DNA from: the human T2T-CHM13v2.0 reference genome, Homo sapiens
Assembly: GCF_009914755.1 (NCBI RefSeq)
Contig: NC_060935.1
Reading direction: 5' to 3' (one strand)
DNA: 64,000 bases
Shown piece by piece: positions 42,037-55,714 of the stretch. A program made the translations under genes and the position numbers. Position 1 is the first letter of the stretch, and every line of letters starts with the position of its first letter. The notes under the pieces are model-generated. The model did no database searches, was not told where the DNA came from, and saw nothing but the letters and a program-made list of their open reading frames with translations.

Positions 42037-42599
42037 TTAACACTTCTGAAAAATAGTTCAATATTTGCCACTGAGCTCAGGATGAGATGCATCTGGAGGT
42101 ACACAGGCAGGCCTCTTTGGAGGAGGAAGAGCTGGCTGCCGGCTGGGGAAGAGCCACGAGGGCTGTGCAAAGATCCCCTTCAGAAAGCCAGCGCGGGGTG
42201 GGGGAGGCCTGTGTTTCCATCCCATTCTCACTTCCATGTGGTTATTCCTGCATCTTCAAACAAAAATGCCGTGTCAGGACCTCAATCCTGCTGCTGGGCA
42301 TAGGCTTCCTAGCCCACTCCTTCTTGTCTGTCACCTACAGACCCTTTGTGGCGCTGCTGATGGTGCCTGGTTCTAAGTACTCATCCTACTACCCTCAGGC
42401 CTGGTGACCTGGACGTCCTGGGGATGTCATCCCCGCGCTCAGCCTCATAACCCCCAGACCTCATGCCCATGGCAGATGTACGTGGGGCACACAGTGCCGG
42501 TGCCAGGTGCAGGGTAAACAGACAGCGCGTGGCAGCTGTGGTTACTGCAGTGCTCCACACTCCACATCCCTCCAGTTACACAGTCCCGTGGATCCAACC

Positions 42600-43250
42600 C
42601 CCTGACCTGGTACCAAAACTGGCTTCTCCACCCCTCCTCCCAACACCTCAGTCAGGCCCTGGCCACTTCCTGTGTGGCTGCCTCTTCCCTGCGTGGCTCC
42701 CCAGTCCACCCTCCTTCCTCCTTCCAGAATGATCTCTCTCAAATGCAAATAGGATCATGTTGGTCTCCCTGATGAACACAATTCAACGGCCCACATTGCT
42801 TTTAGGAAAAGTTCAATCGATCTGATGAGGCGCAGAAAATCCTTTGTTACCCTGGCTGGCCTCTGTCCTCCTTCTTATCCTTGTCACTCCCACACCTCCA
42901 TCCACTGCCCCTGGGGGCCCTAGAACATGATGCCTTCCTATGGCATGTTGCTTCTGCTTGGATAGCCCTTGCCTTCTTCTTTAGCTAGCACATACCTACT
43001 CTTTTTCCAGAACCTACCTTAAGCTTCACCTCCTCCAGGAAGCCTTTCCCTGACTGCTCCTCTTTCAGTTTGATCTAGACCCTCCTTGATGAGTCCAGTG
43101 CATTTGCTGCTTACCCTCCTTCACAGCAATTCCCATTCCACACTGTCACTGTTGATTTATTGCTCCCTGAAAATGAGGACTATGTCTTAGATCACATTGC
43201 CTGGCGCATAGTAGGTATTCAGTACACGTTTGTTGCATGAATGAATGAAA
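42600..43250 (+). mobile_element. L2 LINE 3' end
   Basis: cacctcctccaggaagcctttccctga ... gcctggcgcatagtaggtattcagt...tgttgcatgaatgaatgaa. Confidence 0.8.
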
Positions 43251-44449
43251 ACATATTTAATACAACTTTTAAATAATGGTATAACAATCAAGGTTTTGTG
43301 AATCAAACAGTATTTGCCACTGAGTTTCATCATAATACTAGGTGTTTTAGCTTCATTTCCAACTGTTGAGACATCAACATCAACAGTAGTTCTAATTCTT
43401 TAATTTTATGTCTTCCCCCAAAGCCTCTGTGAGGTATAAATGAACCCCAAAATGATCTAGAAGAAGCTGATAGTTAAAGGATTCTTGTGGCTGAATCCTA
43501 TTGTAAAATAGAAGACTTTCTGGGATGCAAATAACCACCTCCTAATTTATCTACTTGGTAAGTTTGAATTTGGAGGTTTCTTAAATTAGCAGAGCAAACT
43601 TGCAGTTTCTCTGAAAATGTGACTGCAGTTGTGGGTCATGCCGTAAAGATGCACATAAAAGGGCTTAGGACCTGGTGCAACAGCCAGTGGTGAACGTGTG
43701 AGCAGTAGGGGAGCAGAAGCCAGAGCCTGCCGAGAATTTCAGGGCTGCCCAGCAACTCCATTATGCAAACCAGTGATTTTGAAGGAATATTGCTCGGAGC
43801 TCCAGTCTCCAAATCTCAATTACCCCAGGGCTATTTCATCTTGAGATTATCTGGGCTGCCTTCACCACCCGCCTAACACTCCAACGGGGAGCTGGAAAGA
43901 TAGTTCTTATTCTTCCTCCCTCTGGAATTCTTTTGTCTGCTCTGCAGAGAGCTGTCTGGTCTCTACCAGGGCCCCTGCTGGACACCATCTCCCCTTCCCA
44001 GACAGCTGGCTTCTGACCTAGGAGACTTTGTTTACTCACCACATGTGGCAAATATTGACACTGAAACCAACTGTGCTTCTGCCGTTGCTAGTTTCCTGGT
44101 CCCAGGAAACCTTGGTTCCCAAGTGACAAATGAATTTTAGGCCCATTAGCCCATCCTATTATCAAAACTCAAAATACAAAACTCTGCCCACTCCCGACCA
44201 TCCCCAGCACCTGGCAATCAAGGTATCCCCTTCACTTAGTCCTGCTCACTCACAATCTTACATCCTTCAAAAGGCAGCCGAGTGAATGTGGAAGCAAGAC
44301 GGTTACCCCACAAGACTGTGGGTGCCCCAAGGGCAGGGACTTTGACCAAAATGTCTATCTCTAGAGCCTGGACCAGAACCTGATACCTAGAGGTGGCCCA
44401 AGAAACATTGAGAGGAAAGAAGAATAATGACGGTGATGATGATCAGCAT

Positions 44450-44640
44450 CATAACAACCATTACCAACACTCCCCATCACAGAGCACGGGCTATGTGCCA
44501 GGCTCTGTGCCAACTCTTCTCTTGTATTAATACCCACAAGTAACATTATCCCCATTTTACAGATGAGGAAAATGAGAGTTTGGAGATTAAGCAACTTGTC
44601 TAGGATCACCCATGAGACTCTAAAGTTCATGCTTCTAATC
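44450..44640 (-). mobile_element. MIR SINE
   Basis: attatccccattttacagatgaggaaaatgag. Confidence 0.8.
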
Positions 44641-44659
44641 CCAACGAAGAAAGGAGAAA

Positions 44660-44812
44660 ATGAGAGGAAGAAGGAGAAAGTATGAGACAAAGAAGGAAGG
44701 AAGAAGGAAGGGAGGAGGGAGGGAGGGAGGGAAGGAGGAAGGGCGGGAAGGAAGGAGGGAAGGACAGAATGACCTGAAGCCAACCAGGCAAGATAATAAT
44801 AATAATAATAAA
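44660..44812. repeat. Purine-rich (GGAA/GGGA)n tract followed by (AAT)n
   Basis: Direct reading. Confidence 0.85.
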
Positions 44813-45129
44813 AATCCCCCTGCCACCACCCAAAAAATGATAAAAACTTAATTATCATTCCTCAGACTTATTCCTTGAAAAGCTCAGTGTCCTCACATCT
44901 GTTCTTTTTTCTTCCTTCTACCCAACAAGGTGAGTCAAAGTATCTGCTGCTCTCTTTGTGCTTCTCACCCTCCCCTGGCTGCACCCCACATTTACCCCTT
45001 CCCATATGTTGTGTGCACGCGCGCACACACACAAATTAAAAAAAATTATTTTAGACAGATGGCAAAATTGAAGTCTGGAAAATCTTGTAGTTGAAACTCA
45101 GACTTGCAGTTTCCCAACCCGGACCATCA

Positions 45130-45720
45130 TGGGCCAAGCCTGGCTGATTGGCAGGGAGGAGCAGGAGCTGCGGGGAGGAGGGGGTGTATGGCCTCGCACT
45201 TAGCATTCCTCCCAGTGACTCGGTGACTCGGCTGGTAGCCTCGGCAATGAGAACATATGTTCTCTTGTTTCGCTCCAGCCAAAGGGAAAAGGTAGGTGTC
45301 ATGCACACCCACAGCCAGGAACAATGCAAGTATTAATAACTGTTTTAATTGTATGCGAGTCTCGGTATATTTCCCCGTGGTACCTCAAAAGCCATTTATT
45401 TTGGTACCTCATAGCAGGGATGGTACTATCCACCAGAGGCCCAGCCAGGCTGGTGGTGACTAATAGAGAACTCTTCATTCAGAGGAACACTGGAAAAGCG
45501 TTTCCATTTCCCTTGTGCGCATTAGGTGGGTGGCGAAGGCAGTGAGCTAAGTGGAGTGCTGTCAAGGTACGAGTGTGCGCCCCGGATGTGTGTGTGGTGC
45601 AAAGACTCTGCGTACCCACGCCGAGGGGGGGACGTCTGCGGGCTGGAGAGGGGCGGGGAATGCAGATAAGCCCCTACAATGCAGAATCTAAAAATAGTGT
45701 GTGCATTTGCCCTTGACTTG
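45130..45720. promoter_or_regulatory. Weakly CpG-enriched candidate enhancer or promoter
   Basis: ctgattgg (CCAAT, reverse), ggggcgggg GC box near 45650, cagataag GATA, locally raised CpG count. No TSS evidence. Confidence 0.3.
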
Positions 45721-48096
45721 CATTATATGATTTTCCCCCCAGCAGACTCACCTTGCTAATTTTATTTTGCTTCGGCTGTTATTAAAATGAGTTTGCAATC
45801 CCAGAGAACCCTCTGATGGTTACAGAGGCCGGGTAGTGCTTGGTGGCAAGTAAAGCCAGACTGAGAGTCTAAATTTGTCTTGGACAAGCCTAACTGAAAG
45901 CCGATGTACTCTAAGCATGAATGTTGTTTTTCTTTTAAGTTAATATTACATTTTATTTTTTTGCTTTTGTGAAGCAAGGTACTTTCTACTCCCCAGCAAC
46001 ACAGAGAAGAAAGATTTTGTTTCTTGCTAAAAATCCTTCTTCTCACCTCCATCATCTCCCATGATTAACACATTCTGTACAGTAGATAATCTCTGTGATA
46101 AACAAGGAGATTTCTTCGAGGTTCAAAACCACTGTGGGAGTGGCCTGGAATTACCTCTGGCTATGAGTGGGAAAATTGAGGCTCAGAAAGAGAGACCAGT
46201 ACGGGTCTCTGTCACCTCACCCATGTGTCCTGTCTAACGTCTTGCCTCTAAGCAGAGCTCTAAATAATCTCAAACAGGTGAAGATTTTCTCCTTACTGCC
46301 ACCCACCTCCCAGAGCCTCATAATGCTTGATCTCTGTAGCACTGAAGTTTGGGATTCTAAATTCCCAAGTGTTCCATAGTGGGGAAGGCCAGAAGTGTGC
46401 TAGGCTGGGAAGTGTGACCTTGGGCTGGTACTTAATCTTGGAGCCTCAATTTTCTCATTTATAAAATGGGGGTCAAATACGTGCCTTGCAAGAAGTGCCT
46501 TGTCCAGCGCCCTGGGTAGAATAGCACTTATTAGTAGGACTTGGCGTCAGCTTTTGGTAGTGAACATGAGTAGGCAGAGGGACTTCAGAATATAAGCCCA
46601 TTCCATTCCTCTGTCCGAGACAGCTGAAAAGGTGCAGGTGGCTTGGCCTAATGAGCTTTGTTTTGAAGGAGCACAGGGAATAAAGGGCCCTCAATTCACC
46701 ACTGAGCAGCTCATCTCCTCACACCAATCCGGATTTCTGCCCAGCACCAAAATCACCTCTCGCAGGAGCCCTCTCCTCTCCAGTAGGTGCCTCTTTTCCC
46801 TTCCAATTTACATGAGCTGTGTCTGCTAGTGCAAGGTCTGTCCTAGTTAGTTTTTGTTTTTATTTTCCCCAGGTTTTTATTTGTTTGTTCGATTGTTTCC
46901 AATCGGCCTCTCCTGTTCTATGCTGAGAGAAACAGAAGCCTACAGGCGTACAGAGATCGTAGTTCAGATCACTTCTAACTTTCCCATGACTCGGTGCCGG
47001 TCTATTCCCAGGGAGAAAAGCAATCAGAATTCAGTGTTTAGTTTAGATAATCCTGCAGGATTAAGGGCTGAGAAGGAAGAGGTGTAAATGGGAAGGCCCT
47101 CTGTACAGTGAATCCCTTTATCACAGGCGTTCTGGGCCGGATTGACTTTTCCTGGTGCTCTGCAAGCCCTTTGCAGAGGGAGACACAGCCGTGCAAATGC
47201 CGTGTGTCGCAGCCAACGCCCTCACCTGCACACAGGTGTGCAGCATTGGGGAGGAAGGAGGCCTAGCGTCTAGCCCTTCTTCTGCCATTGATATCTTGTG
47301 CAAGTCCTTTAGATCATCGCTCCTGAACTTGCTCAATTATCAAAACCACCTTGGGCCTTTCTTTTAAAGTGCAGACTCTCAGAAGTCTTCCACAGAACCA
47401 CTGACCTGAAGGGTTAAATCATATATAATCTTAAGGAGTTCACGAACCACAGGTTAACAGCCCTGGCTTTAGACCTTTGTCTACTCCTCCGCAAAATGAA
47501 GGGAGGCGACCACACACCTTCCTAAGCAGCATCATGTGGCCAGCATTCTAGCTCTGAAGATGCATGCCTCTGTGCCCAGACACACAAGCACCCAGGAGCA
47601 GCAGAATCTAGTTCCCTTCGTACTCTGGGATACGGTCTTACTTGGCTTTGGCTGAGCTTCCGATGGCAAAGGAGTGGGTTTTAAGTACCTACAAAGCCTG
47701 TCCTTTGTGGGTGTCAGTGCCTCAAGTTCCTGACATGAATGCCCTCAGCCCAGAAGGTGGGTGGTGGTGGCCAGTGGACACCTGTAGGGGAGCACGCTAT
47801 TTAGGAACGACCACTGCCTGCCCTGAGAATCAGCTTAAACTTCAAGTGATTAAATAAGTACCACCTTCTGGAAGCCAGAAATATGGTGGCAACAAATAGA
47901 ATCAGTTTCCTGGCTCCCAAAGATAAGGAAAAAAGGACAGAGTGAATGGTCGCGAAGGTCCCTTCAGGTACCTCTCCTCTCTGCTCCTCCATCCTCCTCC
48001 CACAGGGGCTGCTTTGGCAGTCTGAACATCTCCCAGGTCAGCCCATTTAGCCCACCAGGCACTCCAAAATGCTGCTGGAGGCAGACCCCTGCTTAA

Positions 48097-48418
<322 letters not shown>

Positions 48419-49009
48419 CCAAGGAAGCTTTTCAACAGTCCAGCTGCCTGATGGCATTCTGAAGCCTTCTGAAGCAATCTCATAAGGTCCTTGTTCTTAT
48501 CTTGGAGAAGTGAGTGTCCTCTCTATCCCTCAGAGGTTGAAGCAGAGACTGGATGCCCATTCTAGACTTACCAAGACATGAAGACTGCATTAGGGCAATG
48601 GCAAAGTGAAGCTAGCTGCAACTAGCTTCAACCAGCTGCTCAGGACAACACCATGTCTTCAACACCTCCTGCCTCCCTCTCTGTGCCCTATACTTCCTGT
48701 ACCCCCCACACACCATAGGACAGTATGACCCTCTGTCTTCTCACATTAATTCTGTGGAGTCAAGGAGACTCGGGCTGAAGGGACTTTAAACCTGTCTAGT
48801 TGAACCCTGCCATCCGAAGCTACAGCTCTGTCACAGCATCCTCATCCCCATTAGGAGAGTGGCCCTCTCTGCTGGACCACCTGCAATGACTGGAAACTCA
48901 TTCCCTCCAAAGATACCAAATCTGTCTTTGTATAAACCTGCTGTCAAGTGTTCCCTGATGCAGAATCTCAAACGATCTTAGGAACTTAAAGTCTTCCTGG
49001 TCTTCCCAA

Positions 49010-49185
49010 ACCAATTAAATTGTTTGACTTTGGGTAAGTTTCTTAACCTAAGCCTCAATTTTCTCTCCTGTAAAGTGGAAATAACAACAATAATACCCAT
49101 CTCAAAGTCTGTTGTGAGGATCACAGGAAACATTAAACACGCAGTACTTGGCACACAGCAAGCCCTCAAGAAATGTTAGTGGCTA
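49010..49185 (+). mobile_element. MIR SINE
   Basis: tgactttgggtaagtttcttaacctaagcctcaattttctctcctgtaaagtgg. Confidence 0.8.
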
Positions 49186-49779
49186 ATATTTTGTGTTTTG
49201 AGGAACAGATAACTTCCTTCACACCTAAGGCATTCCTGGTATGTTCATTTTCGGGACTCAAACTGTCCTGAGAAAGGGTGTTCCCCAAGAGCTCTGGAGA
49301 CACAGGCAGGGCTTTTGTGTAAGAGGTGGTACATTACACACAAGTGAAGCGATACCATTGCGTGGACCTATGGCCAAACGTTCTCTCCTTCTCACTCCAG
49401 AGAGCCAGACACATGGCAGAGTACAAAGTGGGGGGTGGGATGTCAGATGTAGGCTCCCATTACATGCTGCCCATTAAATCATCTCAAGTTCATTTAAGGC
49501 TGGGTCCTGCCCCAGAGTCAGAGCCTGTCAGAGCTGAGAACGTGCCTCCAAGTGCACACACTGGCTCTTTAACTTGGGCAAGAAGTTTAAACTCTGAGCT
49601 TCAGTTTCCTCATCTGTGAAGTGGGGATATCGATAATATTCACCTCATGGACTTTTCATTCTGGGATAAACCTAAATAAGGTGACCGACTCCTGCCAAAC
49701 TTGGTATGAAACTAAAGGACCTCAGATACTGCCTAGTTTCAATGTGTGACCCTGTTGGCCATTAGCTATCATGAAACAA

Positions 49780-50156
49780 GTGTGCATGGGCTGCCATGAC
49801 AAAATACCACAGGCTTGGTGGCTTAAGCAACAGGAATCCATTTCCTCACAGTTCTGGAGACTGCAAGTCTAAGGTCAAGGTGCCAATGGGGTCAGAGACT
49901 GGGGAGGGCTCTCCCCTTGGGTTGCAGATGGCTGCCTTCTTGCTGTGTCCTCACATGGCAGATGGAGAGCGAGTGAGCTCTATGGTATCTCTTCCCGTAA
50001 GAACACTAATCCTATCGGATTAGGGCCCCACACTTATGACCTCATTTAACCTTAAGTACTTCCTTAGAAGCCCCAAATATAGTCACATGGGGCTTTTGGG
50101 CTTTAACATATGAATTGCGGGGGTCGGGGGGAGTGCACAAACATTCAGTCCATAAC
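49780..50156 (-). mobile_element. MLT1A-type MaLR solo LTR
   Basis: gggctgccatgacaaaataccacag...ctcacagttctggagactgcaagtctaaggtcaaggtgcc...acattcagtccataac. Confidence 0.88.
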
Positions 50157-51109
50157 GGCAGCCAAAAAGGATTTTTAAATGGCTATTTATTTCCCCCATT
50201 GCATGGGGAGGTGCAGGAGAGGGTTATAGAACCATAATCCCACCCCAACTCCCACCTCCAGCCTCTTCTTTCTGGTTTCACTGGCTTTGGGCTAAGGCTT
50301 CATCAGGGGAAGCCAATAAGGCAACATCTTCAGGGCACTGGAAAGTCTCCTGACCCATCACCCTAAGGAGCGGCTGTGAGAAAGAATGGACCCTAGGGAG
50401 CTGGTCCCAGCCTGGGACCGAGGGCAACCAATGACCCCTGAAGATAAGACTGGCCGTGAGACAGGTCCAGACAGAAGGAGCAGGGGCCTGGCTCAGAGCC
50501 CCTGCCTCCAGCCAGGACCTCCTTGGAGACACACACACAAAAAGAATGAATCCCTGGACTTTGCCTGGCCTCAGTGCAGTCCTGCTGTTGGGGCAAGGAT
50601 GGCTGTCCCCTCTGCAAGGGACAGTCTTGGAAGACCTTGTCCTGCTGACAGATGACTGTTCTGATGGTCTGGGATTTTCATTTTACTTTGCTTCCTCTAA
50701 CACCACTTTGTTTATGGGGTGGATATTTCATCTCCTAGATTCATCTTGAGATCATCGTTAAAGATTCCTTCTCTGCTCACTGAGATGTCCCTGCTAATCA
50801 TAAAAATCTACGTAGTAATTTCAGATTAATTAAAGCTGTAAATTGGGGAAGTTAGTGACTGTAACTCATATTTCTCACTTCTCTGCACCATCTCAAAATC
50901 ATATTATTTTACAATACTCTATTCCTCAGAGTATTTTTACCACCCAAAACCCTCCTTTTGCCAGCCGGCAGCCTTCCTTGGGCTGGGCTGTCCTCCAGGC
51001 ATGGCATCCTGGCTATGGACAGTGGGAAGGAGCTGACATGTGTTCTGGAGAAAGAGTCCCTCTCTGCAACGTTAGCAACCCACACATGTATACAGCTTGA
51101 TCCTTAGGG

Positions 51110-51340
51110 AGTAGCACTGGAGAAGCAGAGTAGTTTTCTGGTTTCAAGCTCAGCTCTGCACCTTACAACCTGTGTTTCTGTGTGACTTAACCGCCCCGTG
51201 ACTCAGTTTCCCCATCTGTAAAATTAGGATAATTACAGTGCCTACCTGTGAGGTCATTAGTGTTAAATGAAATGAGCTATGTAAAGCACTTGGACAAGTG
51301 TTTGCAAATGAGCAAAGCTTGATGAATGGTAGCTGTTAGG
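51110..51340 (+). mobile_element. MIR SINE
   Basis: ctcagtttccccatctgtaaaattaggataat. Confidence 0.8.
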
Positions 51341-52299
51341 CAATGTCGGCTGAGCCCAGCACTTGGATGGGCCCTGTGGACAATACCATAAATATAGCAA
51401 TGTCTCTGCTCTCTACAAGTTGACAATCTAACTGGGGAGACAGAACATACTCGAAAAGAAAGAGCACATCGAGCCCTAAGCCACATAGTACCTGTTATCA
51501 ATACAATTAGAGTTGGATCACTTCAAGGTCACAAACTATATCCAGTGAGGGTTGTTCTATCTCTATGCCCATCCTAGCTCCCATATGGGCAGATTCTTGG
51601 AGAAGCAGTGCCAGTAACTCAGGCTTTGCTGCTCCTGTCTTCTCTAGAGAAAACCCAGAAAATAAAGCCTACTCCTGAATGACCCCAGAGGAGCCTCCCA
51701 GGACGGCATTCTTGAACAGGCTTTTTCCTTTATGCCTCAGGGTCATGGTTATGATTTCTGCCTCATGGGGCAGGCTGAGCTCAGCCCAGGGCAAAGCAAA
51801 TGAGGTTGATGGAGGTTGTTGTGGCCCAGCTTTTTTCCACCTTCCATTCTTTTGAGGAGTTAAGATGTGAGCACCACCACTCTCAAACTCTCAAAAATGT
51901 GCTGACTGTGAGAACTCCCTGCTGTTCCCGTTTTACAGAAGAGAAAACTGAGGGGCAGAATAGCTTGCAGAAGTCCCTGAAGGGAGCCAGCTGCGTGGCT
52001 TGATAAACTAACTCAGGGGTCCATAGAGCAACTTGGCTTAGGTGAAGGTTCAGGGCAGTTTCCTCCCTCACGTTCCCTGTCTTCTGACACCAGCTGCTCC
52101 TAGAACCAGGCTTAGGAGTTGGCACCGGGGACACGTCTGGCAGTTGGTGTGAGGGACGCGTCTCCAATTCCTGACACAGATAACCCCAGGGACAACACTC
52201 ATGGTGTGCTGAAACTTCTTTACTCAAATATCTGCAATTCCAGGCTCAAGAAAGAAGATTCAATTCTGCCGGTCCTTTTTTTTCCTCCAATTTTGTCCT

Positions 52300-53240
52300 G
52301 ACCACCTTAATCACTGCATCTCTGGATTGTTTAATTCCACAATGAAGCCACTTCTCCTTACAACTGGCCTATCATCAGCTAGGATTAAGATTCATTTCAA
52401 ATAAGAGGGTTTTCCCCCCATTCCCCACTTCTTTTATTCCTAAACTGAATTTGCATTACAAAAAAATTAAACAAAAGCAGCTTTTTGAATCTCCACTTAT
52501 TACTCCCATTACATTTGTTAACATCATTATCCTCAGCTGAAGATGGCAACTATTATCAAATGTTGCAGTGCGTTTGTGGACCTCTTGCTATATTCGTTTA
52601 GAAAATTGCTTTAATGCATATGCTTTTAGAGGTTTAAAATCTACCATGGCATTATGAGCTATATAATGCCGTACATTTTTAAATCTAACAGTGCATTTAT
52701 TTTATTTTTTTTAAACACGTTGCACTGAAATAAAAAATGCATGCCTGTAGTAAAGAAGAATACGAATGCAACTGGGAAAATGCAGAACTAGGCTCCTGAC
52801 TGGCAGGCCCTCTCCACTCCCTTCATCCCCTGAAGAAGAAATCACTCTTCCTGAAACCCAAACCTGGAGGTCCTAAATGGGTCTAATGGGTGTGGACAGT
52901 GGGGGTTGGGGAGGGTTCTCTTTGACACAGTGATGGGGAAGGAATCTGTACCATTTGGGGCTGTAAGCAAAAGCAAGCTCCTGCTATTCATTAATACAGA
53001 AAAGCACAGTTTCAGGGGCAATTACCAAATTTCTATATTCATAGAAATCCGGTTTCCCTGGAGAGAAAGGTTAGGGCTGGAAAATTTATGAAGTGCTGGT
53101 TTCTTATGGAAATAAGAATTTTTGGTAATTACACAGGAGCTGGTCTTTATCTGCTTCTGCATTTTAATGATGGGGAATGGTATTTTGTTAGTTTCTTTTT
53201 TATTATTATTAAAGCACGCGCACGCCGACAGCATCCTCGC
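52300..53240. promoter_or_regulatory. Extended AT-rich unique block, candidate conserved enhancer(s)
   Basis: No recognisable repeat. Dense TAAT/ATTA, ggattaa, gaatttgcat and aaacaaa motifs. Confidence 0.35.
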
Positions 53241-53702
53241 TGGTGTCCCAGGGATCCATTCATCCTAACAGCTGAGAATGAGCGGCTGCAACCCTGCTCA
53301 ATCACGCTCAATCACTCTGCTCACCAAACCAGAGACAGCAGAGATGGAAAAGTGACGACCGTTCTCGCCAGCTCCACACTCTGGGCCTGCGGCTTTGTGT
53401 CTTCCGCTCCTCCTTGGGTACCTTATGTCTTCCCCCCGCCTCTCTCCCCACCCTGTGACTGACTCCCTTTCTGGGGCTGAGTGAGTGTGCTCATTCCTCA
53501 GGAAGCCATTTTTAGGGAAAGAGATTGAGGTATGAAAGATTCTGCTGTTTTCTCCTTCCCAACTCCCCTTTTGCAGCAACCCGTAACCCCCCAACACCCA
53601 GGACCTATAAAAACATGAATAATTGTCACTAGAGTCAGAGTCACACAAAAGGCTCCCTTCCTCAGTTTCCCCACGGCTCTTTCTCCTCCATTCCCAATGC
53701 CG

Positions 53703-54001
53703 TTTTTTGGGAGACTCTGTCTCCCAGGCTAGAATGTAACGGCATGACCTCGGCTCACTGCGACCTCCACCTTCTGGGTTCAAGCATTTCTCCTGCCTTC
53801 AAGCAATTCTCCTGCCTCAGCCTCCCAAGTAGCTGGAATTACAGGCGCACGCCACCACACCCGGCTAATTTTTGTATTTTCAGTAGAGACAAGGTTTCAT
53901 CATGTTGGCCAGGCTGGTCTTGAATGCTTGACCTCAGGTAATCCACCCGCCTTGACCTCCCAAGGTGCTAGGATTACAGGCATGAGCCACCACGTCCGGC
54001 C
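53703..54001 (-). mobile_element. AluSx-like with internal 19-bp tandem duplication and eroded tail
   Basis: ttcaagca(t/a)ttctcctgcc twice at 53779-53816. Flanking ccaatgcc repeat. Confidence 0.92.
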
Positions 54002-54519
54002 ACCAATGCCCTCTTGATAGCTTCCCATCCCATCCCTAATCAGTCACCATGGAACCCACGTTGGCCTTTTCCCTACCCTCTACCCCTTTCCAAAGCCTTA
54101 CTCTGTGGAATGACCACAATTTCCCAGGGAGGCCTGCAAAATGACACTCACCGTCCCCCTCCCAGAGCCATTTGAGCTGATTTATAATGGTTATAAAAGA
54201 GGTCAGAGCTTGACTGAGCTTAATAGATTCATTAATTACACCAAACAAAACAAACATAATGAACATAAAAATTTATGACCTCCGTCACCAGTTCAGATGT
54301 GTCCCCTTGTCGGGCCTTGACAGATTCTGCGGAGTCCATCCATCTTGACACTTTGTGGGATCAGCAGCCTGTGGCTGTGTGGAGGTGGTGGTGGGTGGTG
54401 GGCAGTGGTGGTGGAATTACCCCAGCACCCCAGACACTACTACTGAGGGAAGTCCCTGGAACCACCTGCCAGCCACTCATCTTTGCACCTGTCTCTCCAG
54501 CAGTCCACAGAGCAGCACG

Positions 54520-54775
54520 GCACTGGTTAGCACCATGGTTAGAGCACTGTGGTTAAAGCAGAAACCCCGGGGCCTGACTACCTGGTCCAAATACTGGCTT
54601 TGTGTGTGGCGCTGGGCAAATTAGTCAATCTGCCTGAGTCCGCGTTTCTGCATCTGTGCAATGCGGATAATAATTAGTTAATCCTAATCCTAGGGTTGTT
54701 GTCAAGATTAACTGAGTTAATGCATCTAAGTTGCTTAGACTAGTACCTGGGGCATAGTAAGTGTGCTGTTACCTG
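54520..54775 (+). mobile_element. MIR SINE, near full-length
   Basis: catggttagagcactg ... tagggttgttgtcaagattaactgagttaatgcat...gtacctggggcatagtaagtg. Confidence 0.85.
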
Positions 54776-55120
54776 TGTTTATTTTGGCCTTACTGTTATT
54801 ATGGTTTGGATGAAAACAAGAGACTATCTATAGCTTCAGTATTTCTTGGGGAACTTTTCTTTGTCCCTTTTCTGAAAGACAGGGAAATCTGCCCTAAAGG
54901 GACCCGTCACCAAATATTTATTAGAGCCCTCTAAGTGCCTAACTCTTAATCAGGGGCTGAAAGAGCAGCTCAGCATCTGCAGGTGGTGCCTGCTCAGAAA
55001 TGATTTAAAGCAGCAACAAGAGCCTAGAAGGAATTGAAGGGCTCCAGAGGTCATCGAGTTCAACACATCCCATCTTGCCATTACCCACGTGAAGAAAAGA
55101 AGAACAAGAAAGTTTCCGCT

Positions 55121-55553
<433 letters not shown>

Positions 55554-55655
55554 CTACTCTGCCATCCACATGGGCCATCAGACCCAAACCAACCATGCCA
55601 GGAGGAAGAGGAAGTACAGTGCAGGCAAATACAAATTGAAGATGGAAACTATAAC

Positions 55656-55714
55656 ATGTAGATAGCTAAGTTTATACAATTTCGTCAGTTAAAAATAAGT
55701 CATTAAAAAAAAAA
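55656..55714 (+). mobile_element. ~60-bp extremely 5'-truncated retro-insertion (L1MA-like terminus) with poly-A and TSD
   Basis: Flanked by gaa(g/a)atggaaactataac at 55638-55655 and 55715-55732. Ends in A10. Confidence 0.8.

Noticed and set aside
42062-43324. 14-bp direct repeat tatttgccactgag at 42062 and 43311
   Set aside because: Several 14-mer matches are expected by chance in 64 kb, and the enclosed sequence is not a single element.
47223-47243. Overlapping E-box palindrome ctgcacac-ag-gtgtgcag
   Set aside because: An 8-bp stem is within chance expectation.
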